Positions 39,597 through 47,738 of a stretch of DNA of 64,000 nucleotides are shown here, piece after piece; position 1 is the first letter of the stretch; the number at the start of each line of letters is the position of its first letter. Under the pieces are notes generated by a model that saw only the letters and a program-made list of their open reading frames with translations, ran no database searches and had not been told where the DNA came from. This DNA comes from an uncultured Acidobacteriota bacterium. GTDB taxonomy: Bacteria; Acidobacteriota; Terriglobia; Acidiferrales; UBA7541. Both the position numbers and the translations under genes were made by a program. The stretch spans positions 11,459 through 75,458 of the forward strand of contig CAVXBO010000005.1 in NCBI GenBank assembly GCA_963760165.1, given 5' to 3'.

Positions 39597-39814
39597 TTAT
39601 CCCCCAATGATCCCTGCCTTCACCTGCGAAGAGTATTGCAGCACTTTCGCTGCCAATTTTCCACACAGCGAGCAAGCAATTTGCAGCACTTAGGTCCAGC
39701 TTGGCCGTGGAGTGTGCAAACAATTTCACTCCAAGTTTGACAATTTGCGGAAGGTTTACCATAACTACCATCGTAATTTCCCCACCCCGCGCGCGTTGTG
39801 GTACAAGGAGCCGC

Positions 39815-40612
39815 ATGAACGAACCCGCCACTCCGGCGTCCGACGACAAACTGACCATTATCTCCATGGCCGCTCTGGCCGCAGTGCTGCAGGACGTTCT
39901 CCACGAGGGCCTCGGTCATGGCGTGACCGCCTGGCTCAGCGGAGCGCATCGCATCACGATGAGTACCGTCGCGATGCAGAGCGACATCTCGACGCGGCTG
40001 ATCTCCGCGAATGGCACCGTGGTCAACCTCATCTTCGCAGCGATTTTCTGGCTCCTGTTGCTGAAGCCGCGGCGCTACCGCCCCGCGCTGCGCTACTTCC
40101 TCGTCTTGATCATGGCCGGCAATCTGCTCAGCGCCACCGGCTACTTTTTCTTTTCCGGCGTTGGTAACTTTGGTGACTGGGCCCAGGTGATTGCTGGTCT
40201 GCAACCGCACTGGATTTGGCGGCTCGGACTGATCATTGTCGGTGCGGTTACTTATTACGCGTCCATGCTGCTCATCGCCTGCAAGCTGAGGCCTTTTCAT
40301 AGCAAAGACGGCAATCCGCGAAGGATGCGCGGGTTGTGTTGGATCCCTTACTTCACGGAAGGAGTTCTCGCTGGGCTCGCAGGCTTGCTGAATCCTATCG
40401 GGCTTTTTTACGTGGCAGCTTCGGCGCTTGCATCGACGCTGGGCGGAAATGCTGGCTTGCTGAGTCTGCCAAGCATGTTGCGGCGCCGATTTGCTCGTGA
40501 AGGGGACGAAGTGGGCCCGATCTCCAGAAGCGTTACGTGGATCGGCGCGGGGGCGGTTGCAAGTGCGTTCTTCATTTTCGTTCTCGGCCGCGGCATCACC
40601 TGGACACGCTAA
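39815..40612 (+). CDS. polytopic membrane protein with HExxH (M50B-like putative metalloprotease)
   Basis: LHEGLGHGVTAWLSG near the N-terminus and multiple TM helices. Confidence 0.5.
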   Translation: MNEPATPASDDKLTIISMAALAAVLQDVLHEGLGHGVTAWLSGAHRITMSTVAMQSDISTRLISANGTVVNLIFAAIFWLLLLKPRRYRPALRYFLVLIMAGNLLSATGYFFFSGVGNFGDWAQVIAGLQPHWIWRLGLIIVGAVTYYASMLLIACKLRPFHSKDGNPRRMRGLCWIPYFTEGVLAGLAGLLNPIGLFYVAASALASTLGGNAGLLSLPSMLRRRFAREGDEVGPISRSVTWIGAGAVASAFFIFVLGRGITWTR

Positions 40613-40844
40613 ACGCCTGCCTCCTGGTTGATGGCGCATCGTCCGTGTGCTAGGATGCGGAGTTTCCGCAGGGAGCGAGGCGATTTGCCGATGCGCCTCA
40701 ACACGTTTCAGCCGTCCTTTTTCTCTCGGCCTCGCGGTCGCCGCTACAAAACTGCAATCATCATCGCCGGTAATTCCGTTTTTCTCTCCTTCCAGGGCCG
40801 CTTTTTCGGTGTTTCGCCGTTCAAAGATACTCACGAGGTGAAAA

Positions 40845-42989
40845 ATGAAAACCTATAACACGGAGCAAATTCGAAACGTGGGCATTGTAGGCCACGGCGA
40901 CACGGGGAAGACGCAGCTCGTGTCGTCGTTGTTGTTCACTGCGGGGATGACCCAGCGCCTCGGCAAAGTGACCGACGGCTCGACGGTCACCGACTGGGAC
41001 GAAGAAGAAATCGCGCGCAAGATTTCCATCCAGACCGGCATGGCCTATGCCGAGTGGCAAGCCGCGGGCGCCGCCGACAAAACGAAAATCAATTTTCTGG
41101 ACACGCCCGGCTACTCGACGTTCATCAATGACACCAAAGCGTCGCTGATCGCCGCCGACGCGGCGCTGATTCTGGTGGACGCTTTCGCGGGCTGCCAGGT
41201 GGTCACCGAAAAAGTTTGGGACTTCGCCACGGAATACGAGCTGCCGCGCGGCTTTGTCATCAACTGGATGGATCGCGAGCTGGCCAGCTTCGAACGCGCG
41301 CTGGACTCCATCCAGCAGGTTTTTGGGCGCGGCGCCGTTCCGGTGCAGTTGCCCATCGGCTCGGAGAAAAATTTCAAGGGCGTGGTGGACTTGGTGGCAA
41401 TGAAAGCGCTGATGTACACGCCCGACGGCGACGGCAAAGCAAAAGTGGAAGAAATTCCCGCGGATTTGGCGGAGGCGGCGAAAGCCGCGCATGAGGCGCT
41501 GGTCGAGATGGTTGCGGAAGGCGACGACGAGCTGATGCAGGAGTTTTTCGACAAAGGGACTTTGCCGGTCGACGACTTGAAAAAAGGTTTGCACGGCGCC
41601 GTTCTCGAAAAGCGGATTTTCCCGGTGCTGCTCAGCTCGGCGCTGCGCAATATCGGCAGCGACGCGATTCTGGACTTCATCGTCGAGGAATTTCCTTCTC
41701 CCGCGGGGCGCGGAAAGGCGGCCGCGTACAAGGAGCCTCTGCGCAAGGGCGAAAGCGTCGAGCGGACCATCGGCGACAAAGAGCCGCTCTCGCTTTTCGT
41801 TTTCAAAACCATCGCCGATTCCTTTGCGGGGCGCATCAGCTTCTTCAAAGTGATGAGCGGCGTAGTTCGAAACGACGCCAACATTGCGAATTTCAATCGC
41901 GGTGCAATCGAGCGCTTCCAGCATTTGGAAGTCCGCCAGGGCAAAACCGCGAGCGCCATTCCTGAACTTCACGCCGGCGACATCGGCACCATCGCAAAAC
42001 TGAAAGACACCACCACCGGCGACACGCTGGGCGACAAAGCCGGGACGATTTTTTATCCCGCCGCGCGCCTTCCGGAGCCTTCCATCACGTTTGCCATCGA
42101 GCCCAAGACGCGCGCCGATGAAGATCGCATCGGCGTCGCGATTCACAAAATTCTGGAAGAAGATCCCGCGCTGCGTTTTACACGCGATCCGCAAACGAAG
42201 GAATTTTTGCTTTCCGGCGCCGGGCAGCAGCACGTGGAAGTGGTGGTCGCAAAGTTGCGCAAGCGCTACCACGTGGAGCTGACGCTGCATCCGCCGAAGG
42301 TCCCGTACCGCGAAACGATTCGCGGCAAAGCTGACGCGGAAGGCAAGCACAAGAAACAGACCGGCGGCCACGGCCAGTTCGGACTGTGCCGCATCAAGAT
42401 GGAGCCGCTGCCGCGCGGCAGCGGATTCGAATTTGTGGACGATGTTTTCGGCGGCGCGATTCCCAAGAACTGGATCCCGTCGGTCGAAAGGGGAATTCAC
42501 GACGCGGCGGAGCGCGGATACCTCGCCGGTTTTCCGGTGGTGGATTTCCGCGCCAGCCTCTACGACGGCAAATATCACGACGTGGATTCGTCTGACATCG
42601 CGTTCAAGATCGCCGGAGCGCTGGCGTTCAAGGAGGGGATGAAGCAGGCCAAGCCCGCTCTGCTCGAGCCGATCATGAAAGTGGAAGTGTACGCGCCGGA
42701 CCAGTATTCGGGCGACATCATGGGGAACATCAGCTCGCGGCGCGGGCGCATCAGCGGAAGCGAAGCGCGCGGGCACAACGTAATCGTGCGCGCGCAAGTG
42801 CCGCTGGCGGAGATGCTCAGCTACGCCAATGATTTGACGTCCATGACCCAGGGGCGCGCGGGTTATTCGATGGAATTTTCGCACTACGATTTTGTGCCCG
42901 CGGAGCAGGCGGAGAAGATCATCGCCGCGCACAAGCCCCACGCCGCCGCCGAGGACGAGGAATCTGCGTCGGCGGCCAACGGCCACTGA
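40845..42989 (+). CDS. elongation factor G paralog
   Basis: 714 aa with GTPase motifs GHGDTGKT, DTPG and NWMD, plus EF-G domains II-V. Confidence 0.9.
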   Translation: MKTYNTEQIRNVGIVGHGDTGKTQLVSSLLFTAGMTQRLGKVTDGSTVTDWDEEEIARKISIQTGMAYAEWQAAGAADKTKINFLDTPGYSTFINDTKASLIAADAALILVDAFAGCQVVTEKVWDFATEYELPRGFVINWMDRELASFERALDSIQQVFGRGAVPVQLPIGSEKNFKGVVDLVAMKALMYTPDGDGKAKVEEIPADLAEAAKAAHEALVEMVAEGDDELMQEFFDKGTLPVDDLKKGLHGAVLEKRIFPVLLSSALRNIGSDAILDFIVEEFPSPAGRGKAAAYKEPLRKGESVERTIGDKEPLSLFVFKTIADSFAGRISFFKVMSGVVRNDANIANFNRGAIERFQHLEVRQGKTASAIPELHAGDIGTIAKLKDTTTGDTLGDKAGTIFYPAARLPEPSITFAIEPKTRADEDRIGVAIHKILEEDPALRFTRDPQTKEFLLSGAGQQHVEVVVAKLRKRYHVELTLHPPKVPYRETIRGKADAEGKHKKQTGGHGQFGLCRIKMEPLPRGSGFEFVDDVFGGAIPKNWIPSVERGIHDAAERGYLAGFPVVDFRASLYDGKYHDVDSSDIAFKIAGALAFKEGMKQAKPALLEPIMKVEVYAPDQYSGDIMGNISSRRGRISGSEARGHNVIVRAQVPLAEMLSYANDLTSMTQGRAGYSMEFSHYDFVPAEQAEKIIAAHKPHAAAEDEESASAANGH

Positions 42990-43021
42990 GGCAGTCCCAA
43001 CGCGGAATATCCTGACCAGAA

Positions 43022-43413
43022 ATGGCGAACGGTTTCCATGGCCCTGAACGCGAATGGAACGAGATGGAAGCTCCTTTCCTCGAGATAGATCGGGAAATCG
43101 CGATGTTCGCGAGAGCGCAAGGGATGAAACTCTCCAAGAACTACCACAATTGGCCTGAGCGCTCGTTGCGGGGTCAAGCAACGGCATGGACGGATTGATT
43201 CAAATCTATCTTAGTGACGAAAAGGTTCCTCGATACTGCCTGTGGATTTGTGCCTACCAGGACCGAAATGGAGCGAGACTTTGGAAGCAGGCATTTATGA
43301 AGAAAGATGCGCCTTGGAGCAGCGTTAGAGAGGGCCTAACAGAATCGTTGTCAAACTGCTTTGAGATTGTGAATTCGTGGAAACCCGGCGACCTTGTGCC
43401 TGTGATGTTGTAG
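43022..43413 (+). pseudogene. hypothetical gene interrupted by a frameshift in a G4 run
   Basis: ORF MANGFHGPEREW...WPERSLRG (43022-43198) and ORF 43186-43413 join as ...RSLRGSSNGMDGLIQIYL if one G is added at 43170-43173. Confidence 0.4.
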
Positions 43414-43486
43414 GGGCATGCTTGCTGCACCAGCGAGCACGCCGCCGCGGGCGACTCCCCAAGTCGCAACCCTGTGTTGCTCTTTT

Positions 43487-43545
43487 GGAGTGCGGCGGTC
43501 CGCTTCGCGGATTCCGGCGGAAGCCGGAACTCGACGCCGCCTTGC
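43487..43545 (+). repeat. REP-like palindromic element, left flank of the RAYT gene
   Basis: GGAGTGCGGCGGTCCGCTTCGCGGATTCCGGCGGAAGCCGGAACTCGACGCCGCCTTGC is a near-identical inverted copy of 44156-44213. Confidence 0.7.
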
Positions 43546-43579
43546 CATACTCCAAAACAACGCCGACCCGTCGGCTCGC

Positions 43580-44134
43580 TCACTGAATCTCTTTTGGACT
43601 CACGACAAAGTCGTCCTCAATCCGAATGCCTTCCGTTCTCATTCGCATCACTGTTTCATAAAACGATCTTTTCGCATTCCTCTGAAACCAACCCGCCGAA
43701 CACCATTGGTATTGCTCTGCCTTCCGAACCAATCCATGCTTCACCGCGTTTGAATGGACATAGTTCAACCGCGCAAGGTATGACCTCTGATAACTGATGC
43801 GTGACTCCCAATACTGAAACCACACCTTCCTCTTCGCCGCATCGTCCTCGTTGTTGATTTCCTTCGCCGTGACCCCATGCAGATGACCAACGAACTTCGC
43901 CAGCGTCGCCACTCTCTTTGGAGAAGTCGCAATGAAATGGTAGTGATTCGGAAATACTGCCCACGCTTCAAGTTTCCATCCGTAGCGGATGGCCAGTTCC
44001 AATAACGCCTCGCACAAGTAAGTTAGGCGTTTCTGCGAATAGAAGAACGGTTGCTTCTGATACGTGTTCGCCGTCACGATGTAGGCCCCCGCTGCGTTCA
44101 GGCGATGCGTAGGACTGTGAGGCCAATTCGGCAT
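43580..44134 (-). CDS. REP-associated tyrosine transposase (RAYT; IS200/IS605 Y1 family)
   Basis: HUH motif NHYHF and catalytic Tyr region LNYVHSNAVKHGLV. No IS ends or TnpB seen. Confidence 0.85.
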   Translation of the reverse strand: MPNWPHSPTHRLNAAGAYIVTANTYQKQPFFYSQKRLTYLCEALLELAIRYGWKLEAWAVFPNHYHFIATSPKRVATLAKFVGHLHGVTAKEINNEDDAAKRKVWFQYWESRISYQRSYLARLNYVHSNAVKHGLVRKAEQYQWCSAGWFQRNAKRSFYETVMRMRTEGIRIEDDFVVSPKEIQ

Positions 44135-44155
44135 GGGGCGGAGTTTACGTTCCTG

Positions 44156-44213
44156 CTCTGCAAAAGCAAAGCGGCGTCGAGCTCCGGCTTCGCCGGAGTC
44201 CGCGAGGCGGACC
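44156..44213 (-). repeat. REP-like palindromic element, right flank of the RAYT gene (inverted orientation)
   Basis: Its reverse complement aligns with 43487-45 (43487-43545) with a few mismatches/indels. Central hairpin CTCCGGC-TTC-GCCGGAG. Confidence 0.7.
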
Positions 44214-44424
44214 GCCGCACTCCATAAAATCTATTCGTCTTCTCTAACTCCTTTATTTCCGTTTTTTATTTTTGTGCTCGCCTCATTTTTCCCCTTGCAA
44301 TTTAGTTGCCTTTGTGGTAACGTACCGCCAAGAGTATCGGCTTCAGCGCGGGTCAGGACGCCTGAAGCTGCCAACCTGACGGGCGCGGCGCAAGTCCAAG
44401 CGAACACAATAAAAGGAGACTCAC

Positions 44425-45216
44425 ATGACACCCAGCTTCGGCATGCCTCCGCTCGCTCAGCTTCGAAAGGGAACCCCCGAGGCCATCGTCGCCGAACAAC
44501 TCGCGGCTTACCGAGCCCTGCGCGAGGAACTCGCAGCCCCCATCAGCCACCACGACCAAAATTCCAACGCAACTCAAACCGCAAAGGAGAAACAAATGCC
44601 TGCTCGCCCTAGTGGACCTGCCCGCTCGACCGCCGCAACTCGCGCAAAAGCCGCCCTGCGCGCCTCCAAACTTGCTCGCCGTGGTGAGCCTGTCCGCCCA
44701 GTTGGCACTGCCGCCAAGCCCCCCGTCCCATCCGAATCCAGCTTCGAACATCACCGCCGCAAATGCTTGGTCTGCAATCACCCCGAGCGCGAGGCTATCG
44801 AGGAGCTTTTCATCAACTGGCACAGCCCGCGCGCCATCCACAGCGAATTTGGCATTTATCCTCGCCTCGACTGGTCTTCCATCTACCGTCACGCTCGCGC
44901 CGCCGGCCTCTACGCCAAGCGCCGCAAAAATCTTCGCGCCGTCTTCGATCTCGTTCTCGAACAGGCCGCTGATGTTGCGCCCACCGCTCACGGCATCGTC
45001 GCCGTCGTCCGTGGCTATTCCTGCCTTACCGACACTCATAAGTGGGTCGAGCCCGAAAAGCGCGTCCGCATCACCAACCATGTCTATCGCCACGATTTAC
45101 CCGCCGCGGCGGATGTGCCTGCTTGCCCTGAAGAAGGAAGAGCTGCTTCGAACACATCCACGGGCCTTTCTAATCGCAACACCACGGAATTAGAATCGCC
45201 GCCAAGTCACACATAA
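44425..45216 (+). CDS. hypothetical protein (possible zinc-binding/DNA-binding, CLVCNHPEREAIEE)
   Basis: 263-aa ORF with no recognisable family. Confidence 0.5.
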   Translation: MTPSFGMPPLAQLRKGTPEAIVAEQLAAYRALREELAAPISHHDQNSNATQTAKEKQMPARPSGPARSTAATRAKAALRASKLARRGEPVRPVGTAAKPPVPSESSFEHHRRKCLVCNHPEREAIEELFINWHSPRAIHSEFGIYPRLDWSSIYRHARAAGLYAKRRKNLRAVFDLVLEQAADVAPTAHGIVAVVRGYSCLTDTHKWVEPEKRVRITNHVYRHDLPAAADVPACPEEGRAASNTSTGLSNRNTTELESPPSHT

Positions 45217-45420
45217 CAAACGCCAATGGAATTCCTAATCGCCACATTTTGCACCGCGTTTCGGGGCGGACAGAAAAGGAGGAAGGGCTAGAGCTAAGAA
45301 CATCGCAAGACAAATTGGCCGGTCAGCTGCCCAAACGTCTTCTCGCGGCGCTTCCGAGTTTCGGCTGTTCTCTGAGATGATAGCCGCGAAATCGGGTCGG
45401 CATTCACGCGCGAGCAAGAG

Positions 45421-46625
45421 GTGATTCAAATGGCGAAGGCGAAAGCGAAGCGGGCGAACCAAGTGAGCAAGTGGGGAGACGCGACGACGGCGATACATCG
45501 CGGGGAACCGCACCACGGGCGCGGCGGGCCGGTGGCGCCGGAGATTGTGCGCAGCTCGACGTTCACGTTTTCGTCGACGGCGGAGATGAAGCGCTGGGCG
45601 GAGGGGAAAAGCTCGGCGTACATCTACACGCGGTATGGCAATCCGACGCTCGCGATTGCAGAGGAGAAAATCGCGGCGCTGGAAGGAGCGGAGGCGGCAG
45701 TCGTGGCGGCGTCGGGGATGGCGGCGATTTCGAGCGCGCTGCTGGCGGTGTTGAGCGCGGGCGACGAAGTGATTTCGACGGCGCAGCTTTACGGCGGGAC
45801 GTACCGGCTGATGCGCGACGTGTTTCCGCGGATGGGGATTCGCGTGCGGCACGTGGAGGCGGATCTGGCGGGCGTCGAAGAGCTGGTGACCACGCAGACG
45901 CGGTGCCTGTACGTGGAGACGCCGACCAATCCGTCGCTGCGGCTGGTGGATTTGCGGCGGGCCATCGAGCTGGCGCGGGAGTTCAAGTTGGTGAGCATTG
46001 TGGACAATACGTTCGGGAGCCCGGTGCTGCAAAAGCCGATTGCGCTGGGATTCGACATGGTGGCGCATAGCGCGACGAAGTATCTGGGCGGGCATTCGGA
46101 TTTGATTGGCGGGGCGGTGGCGGGTTCGCGGGAGTGGATTGGGCGCGTGCGCGAGAACATTATTTACTTGGGCGGGTGCATGGACCCGGAGGGCGCGTTT
46201 CTGCTGATTCGCGGGATGAAGACGCTCGGGCGTGCGCGTCGAACGGCAGTGCCAGACGGCGATGGCGGTGGCGAGGTTTTTGGAGGCGCATCGCAAGGTG
46301 GCGCGAGTGCATTATCCGGGGCTGGCTTCGCATCCGGATCATCGGCTGGCGCGGCGGCAGATGTCCGGTTTTGGCGCGATGCTGTCGTTCGACGTGAAGG
46401 GCGGGATCGCGGCGGCGCGAAGGTTTTGCGACCGCGTGCAGATATTTCTCGCTGGCGGCGAGCCTCGGCGGGGTGGAGTCGCTGGTGGTGCTGCCGATTT
46501 ATACTTCGCACTACCGGATGTCGCGGGAAGAACTGGAGCGCGCGGGAGTTGGGCCGGGGACGGTGCGGGTGTCGATAGGGCTGGAGGACGCCGCGGATTT
46601 GATCGAGGATTTAGGCAGGCGCTGA
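45421..46625 (+). pseudogene. Cys/Met-metabolism PLP-dependent enzyme (cystathionine gamma-synthase/beta-lyase family) with two +1 frameshifts
   Basis: Frame 1 reads to ...GMKTLG, frame 2 reads VRVERQCQTAMAVARFLEAH...RVQIF, and frame 3 reads SLAASLGGVESLVVLPIYTSH...VRVSIGLED. HSATKYLGGHSD carries the PLP lysine. The shifts are at GGG 46228-46230 and TTT 46445-46447. Confidence 0.8.
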
Positions 46626-46669
46626 GCTAGGTTAAGGGAGGATATATTCAATGGCAAAGAGCGGGTGTC

Positions 46670-46960
46670 ATGATCCGAAGCTGCCCTAGCTGCGGTGCGA
46701 GCCTTGCCGGTCGGCTGAAGTGGTATCAGAGCCCTTTCCGCTGTCCGCAGTGCTCGGCGTACCTGCGCATTCCTTGGTGGTACCGCCAAACCGCTTTTGT
46801 TGTTTGCGGTTCTGTCATCGGGATTGCGATCGCGCTGCCCTTGCACTTTATAAGACGGTCGATTCCAGAAGCATTGCTCGTTGCCATAATGGTGATAGGT
46901 GGAATGAGTGGTCCTTGGGTTGCGTGGAAGCTTTTCGCCACCCCCGTTAGACGTGCTTGA
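46670..46960 (+). CDS. zinc-ribbon membrane protein, hypothetical
   Basis: CPSCG...CPQC followed by two TM helices. Confidence 0.5.
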   Translation: MIRSCPSCGASLAGRLKWYQSPFRCPQCSAYLRIPWWYRQTAFVVCGSVIGIAIALPLHFIRRSIPEALLVAIMVIGGMSGPWVAWKLFATPVRRA

Positions 46961-46969
46961 GAACAATGT

Positions 46970-47263
46970 TCAGGCGGCGTTTTTTGCGGCGGATTCGAGC
47001 AGCTCATGGATCAAGGTTTGGTAAGGCTTGTCCTGCCGTGCGGCGAGGCGGCGAAGTTGCGCGAGCAATCGCGGGTGAACGCGGATGGCGATAAGTTGTT
47101 TGGCTTGGCCAGTTTTGGGGCGACCGACGCGCCGCGCGCGGCTTAGTTCTTCCGTGGTCGATTCCGGAATGTCCGAGAAATCAATCCGGCTATCGGGAGT
47201 ATGCTTGGCGCTCTTTGCGGCTTGCTTGGCGCGCGCTGATGATGCGGATCGTTTCCTTGCCAT
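46970..47263 (-). CDS. brnA: BrnA-type antitoxin (RHH/CopG-like)
   Basis: AGGAGG 7 nt upstream of the ATG at 47263. IDFSDIPE...LIAIRVHPRLLAQLRRLAARQDKPYQTLIHELL. Confidence 0.75.
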   Translation of the reverse strand: MARKRSASSARAKQAAKSAKHTPDSRIDFSDIPESTTEELSRARRVGRPKTGQAKQLIAIRVHPRLLAQLRRLAARQDKPYQTLIHELLESAAKNAA

Positions 47264-47471
47264 CGGCAGACCTCCTAATGGTGTAGACCGCCGGAAGTAT
47301 GCGGCCGCTCGCTGAGATGCCCAATCTCTTCGAACGATGCTCTGCGTGGGAATGGCCAGTGTCTTCCCAGTCCAAGCCGTCCAAGTCAGCAAATACGGTG
47401 GCAGCCTCCTCGAACGTCACGCCAAGCTTCGCGAGATTACGCGTTGCCTTGGCGGCATCCCAGGAGAACAC
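47190..47471 (-). CDS. brnT: BrnT-family ribonuclease toxin (DUF497)
   Basis: FSWDAAKATRNLAKLGVTFEEAATVF...IRIISARQASRKERQAY. Confidence 0.8.
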   Translation of the reverse strand: MFSWDAAKATRNLAKLGVTFEEAATVFADLDGLDWEDTGHSHAEHRSKRLGISASGRILPAVYTIRRSADGKETIRIISARQASRKERQAYSR

Positions 47472-47617
47472 TTAATGTATATACACTAATTATTCCTGTC
47501 ATTCAACTGTTCTGGCAACTGATCTGGCTTGGCGCAGACACACAGCTGGCTGGCTCCCGAGTGGAGGAGCGATAGTACTCGGTTTCTCGGTTCTGGCACG
47601 CCTGGACGGATGGCCGG

Positions 47618-47646
47618 TTGACCGGGCCTTCCCAGCCTCCTACAAT
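47618..47646 (+). promoter_or_regulatory. candidate sigma70-like promoter (TTGACC-17-TACAAT) for the transglycosylase gene
   Basis: Hexamers at 47618-47623 and 47641-47646. Confidence 0.4.
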
Positions 47647-47738
47647 TTTTGGTAGGATGCGGGCAAATCTCTGCCCGATGAGCGGGCAAACGTTTGCCGA
47701 GCCCGGTCGTCATACGTAAAGGCGCCCTGGAGGGCGAA

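Noticed and set aside
39620-40834. 404-aa minus-strand ORF overlapping the HExxH membrane protein
   Set aside because: Low-complexity translation. The plus-strand ORF has coherent TM helices and an HExxH motif.
40821-43187. 788-aa ORF antisense to the EF-G paralog
   Set aside because: It is a shadow ORF typical of GC-rich DNA, with Arg/His/Gly-rich low-complexity translation and no motifs. The opposite strand encodes an unmistakable EF-G.
45171-45245. Short reiterated motif GGAATT-N-(T)AATCGCC at the end of ORF 44425-45216
   Set aside because: There are only two or three copies of an ~8-17-nt motif, which is too short to distinguish from chance without a genome-wide count.
45235-46296. 353-aa ORF antisense to the PLP-enzyme gene
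   Set aside because: Arg/Pro/His-rich nonsense. The sense strand matches the Cys/Met PLP family across three frames.
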